Below are positions 24,588 through 38,882 of a stretch of DNA of 64,000 nucleotides, in pieces. Location of the stretch: NCBI RefSeq assembly GCF_036321535.1, contig NC_087437.1, forward strand, positions 56,236,001 through 56,300,000. Direction: 5' to 3'. The position numbers were made by a program, and so were the translations under genes. Source of the stretch: Camelus dromedarius (lineage: Eukaryota). A model generated the notes under the pieces. The model saw only the letters and a program-made list of their open reading frames with translations, was not told where the DNA came from and did no database searches. Every line of letters begins with the position of its first letter. Positions within the stretch are counted from its first letter, which is position 1.

Positions 24588-26445
24588 AAAGGAAGTCATG
24601 ACTGTTTGAATTTTGAAGTGAATTATCCTAGCCTTTTTATAAACTTTAAAGTAAATTATCCTAGCATTTTGCTAACAAAAACTATACATATACTTTACAA
24701 AAATGAGCCCTTACTATTTATTAATTAGCTTTTTATCATTTACAATTTTATCATGTCTTTCCATGTCAACAAATATAAATATGCTAATTTGTTTATTGAG
24801 TTTTATGTCCTAAAAATCATTCTATCCTTTATTCTTCCTGTCTACTTTTGGGGGAACAGTGACTCAGGCTCCTTATGACAAACAAAACCTTACGAAAGAA
24901 TGGCTGGAAAAATGACTTCACAAGCCTTGCCTTTGTCGAGACTTGTTTGTTAGCGGGAAGGACTAAATGTTAGTTTCCCTTGCTCAAATAAAAGTAGGTG
25001 TGGGTAGGTGAAACCTGTGAAGCTTCTGTGAACTGAGTCAGAATTAGCACAAGGTTTCAAGGCAAATTTTATACTCTGAGAAAACCTGAGGCAGAGAGAG
25101 AACATTTCCTTTCACCCTAAACAGATGACATTCTCTATACGAAGGTCATAATAATATGGCAGACAGAACATTCAACAGGCCTTTAGAAATCTGGATTTTC
25201 TAAATCAAGGACTGCCACTTGCACTTTTATGACTTTGGAAGTGTCTCTTTCCATTTCAGATATCTCTTAGAGGTAGTAGAACTCTGCTATGTTATGACTT
25301 TTTAAGATTAGGTTGAAAGATTTTTTTTTTTTAGACACCTGGAGAGTTCTTGCTTCTTCAATTATTTTTATTTAATTTGAAAGTTCCTCCTTTCACTTGC
25401 AGAAAAGACAGGAAAAATATAAAACTTCCTCAATTTATGCTATATCTTTAGCTATCTCCTTTTGAATGCTCTAGTTAATTTAAATAGGTTAATTTAACTT
25501 TATATTTTGCAGACTAATTTTAGTAAATGATTATAGTGTCATATATCTTGGTTAACATCAGTCATTACAGCTCTTGGTAAATGTTGAGAGCTGCTGGGTA
25601 TGGCCATTCAGGTTGTGCACTGCATATCTGCAGGGATGGAAATCACATAGACTGTGATCTGAATAATGAACCAGACTTCTGTAGTGTGCAACCTGTATAC
25701 ATTTCTACCGTGTCCATGGGTGTTCTCCTGAGCATTAAACTTCTCATATAAGCAATCAAGTGACATGAATAAGTCATATGCATGTGAGAATTCCATTTAT
25801 TCATGATAATTTTTCTTTTAAATATATCCTATGAGACCAGTAGTGCCTTTCCTGATGTTCTACCCCTCCAACCTCTACATCGTGCAGGTCCAGTGTCACT
25901 CTAGGCTTTGAGACCAAGGATGTTTCTATTAGGAAGCAACTTTTTAAGTCATAGGATAATAGTTCAGATGGAGAGAACTGAGTCAGGCTCTCTAATATTC
26001 TCAGTTTGCCCACTAATCTCTGCTCTTAAAATTACACTCTTGCCTTGTTCTTTGGTACCTGAATTACTTGCCAGTTTCTTTTTTCCAATAGAAAGTAAGT
26101 TCTGTGAAGGTAGGCATCTTTGTCTGCTTTGTTCGCTCATGTAACCTCAGGCTAGAACAAAGCTTTGAACTCAGTATATACAAAATAAATTGTCGATTTG
26201 TTCATTAATGGACAGAACACTAGACTGTTCTCTCCAATTCACCTGGCAGCTGGGCTTTTGCTCACTCCTGAACCCCACTTCCAAATGAGGCACCCAGACA
26301 TCTGCCCTCACACCTTCTGCCATTCTTCTTGGTCCGCATATTGTCAGCCCCTAGACTCTCTGACACTGGCATCTATGTGCCTGCTGCCCCAGGTGGTTGA
26401 ACATCTGCCTGGCTGGGCTGCTCCCTGTCCACGGCCACTGTAATC

Positions 26446-26745
26446 TTTTTTTTTTAAATTAAAGTATAGTCGGTTTGCAATGTTGTGTTAGTTTCTGGAG
26501 TACAGCATAGAGATTCAGTTATATATATAATATTACGTATATATATATATTCCTTTTCATAATCTTTTTCATTATAGGCTATTACAAGATATTGAATATA
26601 GTTCCCTATGCTATACAGTAGGACCTTGTTGTTTACCTATTTTATGTGTAGTAGTGTGTATCTGCAAATCCCATACTCCCACTTTATCTTCCTACCCATC
26701 TCTCTTTCCCCCACTGGCAACGATAAATTTGGTTTTTGTTTCTGT
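26446..26745 (-). mobile_element. Short L1 3'-end fragment
   Basis: PolyT followed by aaagtatagtcggtttgcaatgttgtgttagtttctggagtacagc...gttccctatgctatacagtaggaccttgttg. Confidence 0.85.
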
Positions 26746-29700
26746 ATGTTACCCCCTGAGCTGTTTACCGACATATCTCAGAGGGCTTAGTCTGGCTCTG
26801 AGCACCTGATCCAGTGTCTGGGTGCTAGGACTTACCTCCCAGGCTCCTTCAGTTCCTACTTAGCTTGCATCTTCTCAGGACTGACTGTACTTGAAGTCTG
26901 GTTAGTGATAGATCTTTAAATTGGACATCTGAAGATTTTTTTCCAACATAAAGAATTGAAAAGTCTTGCAAAAAGAACCAGGGCTCACTTTCAGCCAAAG
27001 GGCTCATCAGCAGATCCTTTCAGAATGGACATCCAGCTCTTTCATGTCCCCAGAACCTTGAGAAAGTTACTAACATTCTCTGAACCTCAGTTTCCTCAAA
27101 AGCAAATGGAATTAAGGAGTGAGCATTTGTGGAAGTGCATAACATGGCCCTTGGCACCTAACAGTTACATGCAAATTAGCTCTCCATTCCTTTTCTTACA
27201 GAGAAGCATAATGGCTTGGGATTTGGCAAAGGCCTACCTTAGGTGTCAAGGTCTTCCTAATGCAAGTGGCTTGTTTCTGATCTGTGTATCTGATCTCCTA
27301 GCTGGAGCCGGCTTCTCCAGCTCCTGTTTCCTGACTGTTGGCATTATTAGCCTTTGACTGCTCATCTCTGATCTTTCCCCTTGCCCCTCATTCCTTATTG
27401 GTCATGCTGATATCTGCTCAATTCTCAAAATGCAGCCCTTTGTTTATTCTACCTCCGGTCCCTGACAGAACCCCCGACTCTGCCTCTGTGTCCTTGTCCA
27501 ACATATGTAGGGTTTAGGAAGCCCCCTGTAAAATAAGACTTTTAAGGAATTGAGAACTCCCTTCCCTTCCCCCTGTTGCTTTGAAAATAAGGCTCAAAGC
27601 AGTGAATATTTTGTTCTTAAAATAATGAATCTAAGTCTGAGTTGGAGCTGAAACCTGGGTCTTCCGGAGCCTTTGTCCATTGATTCATACATCTTGGTCC
27701 TTGTTCCTCATCCATAACTTACCTCCATCTCCAGGGTGTCCCTGAGACACTAGCAGATTCTTACTTCACATCTATGACAGTAGAAACATTTTATTAATGA
27801 TTCCATAAAGCGTACAGACTAAGAATATGTTGTATTTTTAGGAGCGACTCATTTATGAAAAAGAAATATGTTCCCTGATTTCTAGCCTGCTTGACAAGCT
27901 TACAGAGAGAAACTTTGACTTCGTTCTGTTTTTTAACAACAAAAGTTTTAAAAGAGACTGTCCTTTTTTGAACTTCGTAAGTGTAAGGGGTGTATATGCC
28001 TCAAATATCGCTATAACACATGGCATTTAACTAATTTACATTGCCCCAAGGAATGCTATTGTGCTCAAGGTAGGTTGTGAGTGCCTAGAAATATTCTCTT
28101 AGTCATCTTTGGTTATCCAATATCTAGTGTAGGACTCAGGCAACATTTTTTCTTTATAAATGAATTCCTTAGAACCAGTCAATGATGTAGAAAATCTATG
28201 GCTGATACTTCAGAACCAATCAATGACATGGTAAATACATGACAATTCAGATACGCCTAAAAGTATCAGACAGGCACAGTATTGCTTTGATAGTCTGGTT
28301 AAGGATATGAAAGATCCTTATGCATATTGTCCCAATGAAAAAAAACTCATCCTATTTGTTAGGAAACTCTTGACTCTCCTTTTCTTCTACTTTTGTGAGG
28401 AGAAATTTCCCAGAGGTCATCTCAGGTGTTTATCTTCCCTTATGGGTGATGACAGTAAGCGTAGGTATTTTAGGCAGCAGAATTTGAGCTTGTTTACATC
28501 TTATGAATCCTAGAGTTTTGACGCAGAAAGGTTCTAGAGAGCTCAAAATGCAAGTGAAAGAAAGAAAAACTCCAGATACCGAGAGTCTATACTGATCTAC
28601 CACGTGAGAGGTGGGACCATCAATCACTGGAAGCAACAATAGGAGTTTCTCCGTTTTCCCTCCAACACTGAAAATAGCTTTTTTGGGGGTGGGGGTGGGG
28701 ACTAATTTCCCCTGAGGCAGAGTCAGAAATCTTTAACTTGTACAGGGTCAAACATGTAAGTGATCAGCAAGTTCCGTGAGTTGCTTTAGACCTGAAAAAG
28801 TTCAAGGCTTCTGAAGGATGCCGTCGAAAGGAGTGGCACGCTGACTGTTTACTTCTCTCCCCTCCTGCCCTTCTAACACTATGAATCACTCCCCTCCTTA
28901 TCACTCTGCAGGACTGGACTCGCTGTTGGCCATCTGTTTGCAAAGCAATCCTCTTGTGGTTGAACCTAATACGTGCGACACATGGAGTTTAGCATGTAAT
29001 AAGATTCGTGAGTTTGCTCCCTCATCCAGACACCAATTTATCTAGCTAGATCTAGACACATCACTTGTTAGAATTAATTTTTCAATTGACACTTATTTTT
29101 TAAAAAAATATAACAATACCAGTTAGACAGAAAAGTCTTTTTTGTTGCTGTTTGAAAAAAAAAGACTGAAGAGTACAGTACCTAAAAAGATTTTTTAAAT
29201 TTTATGTATACTATATGTTGAGTTTTAGTATTATATCTGTGCCAATTTTAAGCATTATTAATAAGAATATAACCAAAGAGTAATTAGGTTTATCATTGTA
29301 TTTGGCATCTTCAAATTAAAGGTAGCAGAGTAGGGAACAGTTAAATAAGTTTAAGTGACATTAGATTTATAGGTCTTTGGATTTATATCTAAGCTATGTT
29401 TCTTTATGAATGGGTGCATATGTTTACAAAACTTTCAAAGACAGATTGTAAATTACTATATTTCTGTTTCTTTCCTTCCTACACCTACCCCTGTCATTTT
29501 TATATATTCAGTAGGAATATTCAAACTCCAGTTAGTGAAGTACATTTTAGGATAAACGATAAGCAGTCCTACCTTTGCTTTTCACATATAATTTCTGAAG
29601 GTCAAATAAATAGTGTTTGCTTAAAAGCTTACTGACAGTATTTTGCAAATGTTAACTGACCAAGGGGATTTAGGCTGTTCTACAGACCTGGCATTTAATT

Positions 29701-32429
29701 TTGCTTCAACCCTTGGGCTCTTTGGAGTGTCAGGGTTGTAAGTGTAGCCTCATACATCTGAGCCGAGTCATACTGGGGAAAACCCTGGGCCATGCTGGAC
29801 CTCAGCTGAAAGGTGACCCACATAATGGGAGTAAGAGAAAATGCTTCAGACATGAATGTTGCTCATGAAGGAGGAAACCAGTTTGTTTTGTGTTGGTGCC
29901 CAGTTACAGTTGGGAGATACAGACATTTCTGCTTAAAGAGGATAGCAGAAGTTTTAAACAACAGAGTATGATAGTTCTACTTGAAATTATGGGCATAAAT
30001 TGAACCAGAAATTCTTTCATGAATTTATCCATTCACCATCTATTTATTCAGCATTTACAGTTGACTCCCTTCAAGAGTCTTCCTTCTACCCAACAAGGTA
30101 TTTGTGAGTTAATCCAAAATAAGTGGGCCATAGGTTTTCTATTTTAGAACATTCATTTTCTCCAACTCAAATGTTACCTTCCTCCATTCATGTTCCGTCT
30201 CTAAACCTTGTCCATTTCTTTACCCTTGTCTTAACTTAGCTCCCCCATTAAAAAAAAAAAATTGTGATTAGTTACCTAGCTCCAAGTTTATCCCTCTGCT
30301 GTTTCCGTACCTTGACTTCAGATTTTCACAGCTGCAACAATGCATCCAGTAACCACCTCCTTCACTTTGCTAAGCCCCGCAACCATTGTCACTTACTGTT
30401 CTTACTGACAGATCCTTCCTGACATAGCTTGCAATTGAAGGAAAGTTAGGGCTGGATGGTTGGGGTTCAGTTTGCAAAATAATCCAAATCACTGCCTTCA
30501 AAATAAATTTTGCTGAAATCATCAATTACATTTTTATTTACTATTAAGAATCTCATCTCCTTGAACTGATTATGTCCTGCTCCAAAGGTCTGAAACCTCA
30601 CCTCCCTTCCTGTTGGAGAGATATATCCATATAAGTATATACATACACACCCATACACATTTATATGAGTATGATCCTAAATTTTTCATAGCGAATCAAC
30701 AGCATTTACATCTGTGATTAATGTAAGATTATTGGATGTATTTCTGAATGATATTTTGTTACGTGCTCATAAGGATTGTATTTATTCTGGGAATATGAAA
30801 GATTAGAAAATTAAAGAGATGCAAATGTTGGTTTAATTCAACAAGTATGGATAGGGTATGTTGATGATGGCTGAAAGAATCAAAAATTTGAAAAAGACAG
30901 TTTCTGACATTGGGAGCTTAGAACTCAGTGGGAGAGATGCACAAATACATAAATGTAAGTCAGGTTATAAAGTGTTACAAGAGAAAAATAAACAAAAACA
31001 TCTGCCATAGCAAGGAAAGAGTAACTTTAACTGAGAGGCTGAAAAGGTTAGCAGAAAATAAAGGCGAAGATATGCTCCTGTTGTAGGCAGAGGAAACAGT
31101 TTGAGCAAAGAAGCTTATGACTTGCCAACTTCATTTATTCATTTTTTCATTTTTCAAATTTATTACTGATCTAAAGCTGGCTGGTGTTAGAGAACTGGAA
31201 GTCATGTCTCTGTTGACAAGGAGCTCTCAACCTGGTAGGGAGGAGAGACATAGACAGTAACAGTCCGATGTGAGGGGAAGGGTGGGCTCAGAGGAGTTAT
31301 CTATGGCAGCGATTTTTGGAAATTATGATGTCTGGAAATCATAGTCTCTGTAGGTATCTGCTCTTTGATAACAACTCCCCAGGTGATTCTGATGATCAGT
31401 TTTTAGAGTCAATCATCTAGGAGGTAATGAAACCTGAGTCTAGAAAGTGGCAGAGGAGTTAGTTAGGTGGTGAAGAAAGGGGGAGGACAAGGATCTTCCA
31501 GGCAGAGGGGGGAGACTTTTCCAGATGCTGGAGAGAGAGTTACTGGTTCAAAGGTACATGCATGCATGTTTGAAATCATAGCAGGTGAGTCTGGAGAAGC
31601 AGAGGAGGATCAGATTGAGAAAGATCATGCATGCCACTCGAAACACTTTGTATTTTAGCCTGATAATAGTGGAAATTTTAAAAGGGTAGTGGAAAGCAAT
31701 GTGGCAAAGGTGGCACTAAGGAATTACTGCTAATGCATTTGATCCCCAAAGAATTTTTTTTTTCACAAATATTTGAATTGTGTGGTTGGAACATTTCACT
31801 AAAATGGATGGGTCACATGATCAGTCTCCTTCTGTCATGCGTTTTCATTCTCAGTCTCCCTTTTGGGCTTTATCACTTTTAGTTAGTTTCATCTCTGGAA
31901 ATCAGTTTAGCTTAGCTGAACTTAGTTGGTCCCTGGTTAAAAAACCAAAACCAATATTTTGATCCTCTGTTTAAAGTCTCTTTAGTTAGGCAAGTACATT
32001 ATAGTTTCTCGTTTGTATTCTACGTGGGGCATTAGTAATCATGATATGCTATAATATCTCAGCTTGTTCTAATTCATGGTCTCTGATCACAAAAAAATTC
32101 CAGTAAATTGAATTCTTAAGCACTTGCCACAAGCAAGATGTGTGTGCAATGCTGAGGCTGAGAAGAGGATGAGGAGGTGCCCTCTGTGCCCTTACGGACC
32201 CAGCAGGCAGTGTGGAAGGCGTCAAGTGGAGCAGGTTTAGCTCTTCTGTCTCATTAACAATTGAGTCACCTTGGGTAAGATATTTTCCCAGAGCCTCAGC
32301 TTCTTCATCTGTTAATCCAGGATAGCCTTCCGGTTTTAACCATGGATTCCCAGTGACCTAGTAGGAAAAGCTATGGTCATAATGCCAGGTAGAAGTCTAT
32401 AGTGCCTGGTGGTATCAGGACTGCCTTCT

Positions 32430-32665
32430 CCTGGGACAGTCAGACCTGGGTTTAGATCCTGGCTCCATTATTTGCTAGTTGTGAAAACTGGGATAAGTTA
32501 AAATATCATTCCAATCATCTATTTCTTCTTCCATAAAATGTATGTTTATAATAGAACTGCTTCTTAGGACTGTTGGAAGAACGTAAAAAGATAACACTTG
32601 AAAATCAGTTGGCTTAGTCCATAGCATGTAGTAACCCTCAATAAATGTTGAGGTCCTAATTATTA
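32430..32665. mobile_element. MIR SINE remnant
   Basis: agtcagacctgggtttagatcctggctcca...ctcaataaatgtt. Confidence 0.7.
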
Positions 32666-35600
32666 AAAATTATAATTAAGTATTATTATGATTATTATTC
32701 TAACAAGCAAAGAGTTAATATCGATTCAAGGGACAGATGACTTACAAATGGGAGCCTCTCAATGCACTCAAATGATGGGATCAGATTTGAGAAGGTCCTT
32801 GAAGATTGAAGAGACTCTCAGCAGGTAAGTTTGGAAGGTAAGAGAGAGAAGAGGTAAGAGTGGGAGGAGGTTTTTCTGAAGGAGGGGAGGACCTCACAGT
32901 GTTTCTACATGTGCACAAAATGGGATATGAAGTACAATAGAGCCTTCCACCTTTCATGAGTGATGTCACACATTTTCACTGCCTCCCTGAGGGCGGTTTG
33001 GTTGAAGCTGTTTCACTGATAAATTCAAGTGAGTAAAGCAACTTGCTTCACAGTTTCAACAGAGAGCTTTTATCTTACCAGGATGATAATCCAGATGTCA
33101 TGAGTTTCAGGTCCTGATTCTTTCCTGTTCACTGGTGGTTAGGGTCGATTTTTCATCTGAATCCTGACCTAGGATTAAGGAGTCAGAATGTTGAACAGGT
33201 GACAGGTGGAGTGGGACTGTCCCTGAACCTCTGCCAGGTTTGAGTGAGCCGGATCTCCTTGGGAGGACTTCCGTTTCCCTGACTCATCTCTGTTGGCCTT
33301 TGCAGTTTCCACTGGATGCTTGCCTGTGTTCCACTTTGATTGTCTTCAGTCCAAATCCAGATTCTGCCACTTTCTGGCTTGATCAGGTTACATAAGTCCT
33401 TAAACAAATGGCCCTCATTTTTTGCATCTGTAAAATGGTGATATGATGTCTCTTCAATTGTCTTTAATGCAAAATGAAATAATATAAATGAAAACATCTA
33501 TAAACACCAATTAAATATGACTAAAATGAGTAATGTTGATACAGAATTTTTTCCGCTAGCTCTTTAAGCACTGGTATATAGAACGTTTTGCCCTATTTGA
33601 GGCATAAAGAAAGAAATACACTTGAATTTTTTGTTTTAAAATTAAGTTATATAGATTGGTTGTCTAGAATGACCAAATTACTGGACAATTGTTAATGTTC
33701 TTTATTATCATATAATGCTAAGAAGCTAAGCTAAGAAAATCTAAAGTGTACCTTGGGCTGAAACTAAGTGTATGAAATTCTAGACCAGTATTTTCTATTA
33801 AAATGCCCTGCATCTTGAATGTAAAATACATTCCAAATAAGCTATACTATAACCAGACCACTTAGAAGGACCTCTTCAGAGTACTCATAGTAAATTTATA
33901 TCTTTATCCCACAGAGAGATAGCATATATCTATTAAGAGCTTAAATGTTATTGAATATCCTTCCTCCAGTAGAATATTTTGTTCTTTGGTGAGTTTCTAA
34001 TGACTAGCACGATGCCTGGCACATGGAACTCATTCATTCACTCAATATACATTATTGAAACCCAGCACTCAGTAAAGCTAGTCACACAGTTCCTATTTCT
34101 GTGGGGCTTAAATTCTTAACAAACAGACAAACATTCCCAGCATGTGAGCTCCTACCATGATGCAACCACCGTACTCAGTATTGTTGAGCATTTAAAGCAC
34201 AAGCGAAAAAGGAAAACAGGATCATTGCTTGCTTTTCGGTGCTCCTCACACAGCCATTTGTCAGTAATGTGATACCCATTCACACCATTCTTTCTTTGCC
34301 CAAGATGTTTCCCTTGTCTGTTCCCTTCTTTTATGTTTAGTGAATTCTTACTATTTAAGAACCAAATCAACCATCATCACTGCCATGAAGCCTTTTTGTA
34401 ATGATTGCCTAGAGATGTCAGTTGCCCTATCATTTATACTCCTGAAACCGTTTTCAGAAATATGTATTTCAACACAAGATCGATCTATCTATCTATTCTC
34501 AATATTTGACTGCAAGCTTCTTGAATGGACTTTCATTAATATTTGTATATGAAGCACCTAACCCTGTGCCTGACATATACTTTCTACTTGCTGAACTGTT
34601 TGTTTGTTTGTTTGCTAAAAATCATCTGGAGATATCAGACTAATGTATAGAAAACTTGAAATGATGACATGCTAAACTCTGTGGTTTCTGATGACATGTC
34701 AAACAGACAGAGGAAAGAGTGAGTGGAAGATCACATCAGGCTTCGTGAAGTTAATAGCCTTCCCTCGGTTGAGGATTAAGATTATAATGGCCAGAAAAAT
34801 AAAACGCATTCCATTCAGAAGAAGTAATATAAACACATGTTCAGAGATAGAAGTATCCAGAGGTTAAGAAATTGCTCAGATGTCCAGAATGGAAACTCCG
34901 TTGAGTAGGACAGACTGGGCAAAGAGGGGTGATATACAATCATCTTGTGAGATGTGCATTACTTAGGGGTCTCCAGAGAAACAGAGCTAATAGCATGTAG
35001 AATATGCATACACTGGGCATTCATCATTCACACAGCCTTCATAATTTGAACAGAAGAGCTGAAACTGACTCCATAAGTGAATGCATAAATTTGTGGAGAG
35101 AAGAGAAGAAGGAAATGCAAAATGGTGAGGAAAAAAATTCATAATGGTGAAGTGAGCATACTTGAGTCAACTGAGAAAAATCCAGCTTGTGAGGTAAAGC
35201 CTGATTCTGATAGACTTGTTTAATACCAGTGTAATAATTCCTTGGATACACGCGGAAGGGTGCAGGCCATTCAAGAGAAAAGCTTCATGTTAGTTACCTG
35301 TTAACTCAAAGGGAGTAAAATGCTCACCTTTGACACCAGGCTTATTACCTTGTGGTTAACCCAAAAGCACCCTTGATAGCTTAATCTTACTGTACCATGA
35401 TGAAAATCTTGTTTTTCCAGGTGAGATAAGTTAAAGAATGAGTAATGATATATGCATTACTACTGGATTTGAGGTGTGATTTTTGATGAATTATCTCTGA
35501 GGTTTGACTTAAGTAAGACTCAAATTCTATGTACAGAAGGAAATAAATTAAGAGCATAAATTTCCTAGGACCCCATGCTCCCCTAGTATCCTCCAAATCA

Positions 35601-35669
35601 GAGAGTTCAAATCAACCAGTTCCTGATGATTGATTGGGTATCAGGAACTGATTCGTGAACCCTTTACTA

Positions 35670-36190
35670 ATGGTAATCCTTCATTTGTTTGAACATCTCC
35701 AATGTCAAGAAACCCACCAGACCAGACCACTTCCCTTTCAGTCAGTTCCGATTGTTGGAAATTCTTCCTCAATTGAGCACAACTCTGCTTTTCTGTGCTT
35801 TTACAAGATTTCCTAGTTCTGCTCTCTGAAGCCTCCTAGAAAGATAATTATTCCTTTCCCATTTGACAACCCTCCTTTTGTTCAAAACCCACTGTCATGT
35901 TTACTATCTCCTTTATATAGATTTAAAATACTCTCTTCACCCCAACATTCTTCAGTTTTACCTAATATGAGATGGTTGCCAATCTCGTCACTAACTTCAC
36001 CAACTGGAACCTTCTCCTCTAGGTGGCTACAGCTGATCTTAAGTGATGGTACTCAGGAGTAAACATGGTGAATCCAGGAGTGGTCTGGCCAGGATGAACA
36101 CTGGAACTTCAGTTTAACACAACATGAGCCTGTGTAAGTAGGGTTTTCAATTAGAACCATTTCAGTCTCGACTGCAGTCACTGGACAGTA
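35670..36190. mobile_element. CR1/L3 LINE remnant
   Basis: L3-like strings ttgttggaaattcttcct, cctagttctgctctctgaagc, ttaagtgatggtactcagga...ccaggagtggtctggccagg. Confidence 0.55.
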
Positions 36191-38699
36191 AACACCACAT
36201 TCCAAAGTGAGACGAGGGAGCCCAGGCAAGAGTTGCAAAACAGACGTCTTAGAACCAGTTCTGCAACTCTTAGTGGATCAGCTATCTCTACCCTGCCCAC
36301 CCCTACCTGTCCCCCACTAAAAAACACAAGGTGATCACCAAGAAAAGAGATGAATATAAAGAGAGGTTTCTGGAGAGCTATTGCTATGTATGGAGTCCCA
36401 CTTCCCTTTCACCATGGAGGAGAGAGTTCTTGTACCTCACTTTAAGCCCAGAGAAAGGAGTTTCAACTCACCTACTCTGAAAACCTGTTATTTGTTCCCT
36501 CCTGGACCTGGAGAGACATAATGGACTGCTGTCCATCTCGGGTCCAAGAGATCTAAAGGAGACTGTGTCGGGGGCATTGGGACGACTGGCTACCCAGGCT
36601 TGGCCGACGCACAACAGTACAGATGCTGACATAACCGGAACGAGGCTGTGTCTTTGTGCCTTGATATGACCAGAAGAATTTATATTACCTAAGAATGAGA
36701 GAAATGCCATGGAGACTTCCCTAGATTTCATCCAAGAGGCAGGGGAAGAACTGACCCAAAGTGAATGGATTTGAAAGGACCATCAGAGAGAAAAATAAAA
36801 TTGCTTCATGATCACACCTTTTTTGTTTCCTCTGTGCTCAGCTAAGCTGTTTTATCTATCATGTCCATGTGTATGTATATATGTGCATGTATATATGTAC
36901 ATACATACATATACATGCACATATATGCACGTGTGTATATATATGTACGGCACATGTGTAGAAGAGCAAGACTGTAACATAAAAAAATAGTAGCTATAAT
37001 TTGTTGATTGTTTATTGTGTTCCAGGCACTGCATTAAGACCTTTATACATGTTATTTATTTTTCACAGTCATCTTCGAATTTGACATCCTCATTTTATTG
37101 AGCCAGCTATTAATTAAGTAGCAAGGAGTGTGCCCAAAAGCTTATGTATGTTAAGTGGCTTAGCCTGAACTTGAGTCTGCCTGACTGAGGTTCAGGCTTT
37201 GAACCACTGATTTATTTTGTCTGTCCTTAGTTACAGCCAGTATGGCCTTTGACAACAGCGAGTGATTTTATTTATTGTGTACGTTTTAACAGTGAGCACT
37301 GGGCAATTAAAAAGGAGTGAGAAGATTATTCGTAAGATTTGGTATAAATCAGCTTGTTCCTTCCAAGGGCTCGTATTATTATAATGAATGTAGACGGAAC
37401 TGTTTGTGACATTCACAGAGACGAGTTAGCACAAACACGACTTGCTGTTTTTCCGGACTGCAAACGTAGAGCTGCTTCCACCTGCAGGCCAAAGGGAGAA
37501 CTGCAGTATTTCCAGCTGGACAATCTCCTCCTTTCACAGATCCACAGCCGAGGTGCTAGGCTGAAAGCTAGGCTGTGAGGATAAAATTAAATTCAACATC
37601 TTTTTGTGGAGAGCCTACCACAGGCCAGGTAGAATTTCAAGCACAAAACAAAGCAGCCTGTCTTCGTGGAGCTTAGATGAGAGAATGTATTTGGAAATAT
37701 TTTGTAAACACTACTGAGTGACACGCGTGTTGATGACTGTCTTTGGTGTTTATACCACACTGGGAAATCCTGCATGTTTCTAACCAGTGTGCCTGTGCGC
37801 TGTATCAGACGTGGAACTCTAACGTAAGATCGTACTCAGAGTTGCCTGAACAGAGCTTTTTGCTGCTGCTTCTGTGCCGGGCTCTGGTCCACTCACTGCC
37901 GCTTCTCAAGGACAGGGACCAGGTCTTCCATAGTCCATTTTTTTTGGGTCTCCAGGACCTAGCAGAGCGTCAGAGTAAGCTGTCTGTAAATGTGTGCCGT
38001 GTGGGATGGAACAAAACTAGGATTGAGTGGATAGAGCTAAATATTGGAATCTAGAGCAGAAGACGAAAGAGAAAACAATGTGATTATGTAGCCTTGCGGA
38101 TGGTTTGTTCTGCATCTGCACCCTCCGTCTTCGCAGCTCCCAGCACATTTGTCTCTTCCTTGGACGTGCACTCACGCCCCACCCAGAAGTCTTTCCTGCT
38201 CATCAGTTAGTCTGCATGGCTCTCGTTTCTCGAATCTTCTGTCGTATCATGCCCTCACCCACAAAAATGAACATTTCAATGTGCTCGTCTTTTGTTATTC
38301 TCTGAAAGTAGTCACCTTTGATTCAGGAACAGTTCTATAGTCTCATGAATGGTCTCCCCATCCTTAACCACATACAAGGTCCAGTGCAATTTGGGGAAGA
38401 AAATAATTTAAGGTACAGCCTATATCATTCTTCTGGAAGAGTCTCTGATTTCCAGAGACCTGTGGGCACATGTTTATTTGCATGCACAGTGCATGCATGG
38501 GTTCAATGTTTTTTTCTCTTCCTTCATCTTTTCCATTAAGTTCTGATATTTAGATTTGGGGCCTACTGTGGTACTAGTTAGGGTAGATCTGTTACCAAAG
38601 ATGTGATTCTGATATCCCCTTTCCCACAGCTTTGTCTGTGATGTAGAGAATATGACTCTGAGGAGTAGCATGCTGATTTCAATGCTGTTTTCTTCTCTT

Positions 38700-38882
38700 C
38701 TTAGTCCCTCAAAATATGGTCATCTGGCTGAGCATCAGAGTTTTATACATTTATAAAATGTGAACTGGCTTCCAATTCCAATTTCCTGAATCCAAATCTC
38801 GGAGGGTGGAGCTCCCAGGTCTGCATTTATAACAAGGGGCTTTGGAGATTCCCATGTGCACTCAAGTTTAAGAACTGTTGCC
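38700..38882. mobile_element. MER5-like hAT-Charlie DNA transposon remnant
   Basis: tctgcatttataacaag...gattcccatgtgcactcaagtttaagaactgttg. Confidence 0.55.
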
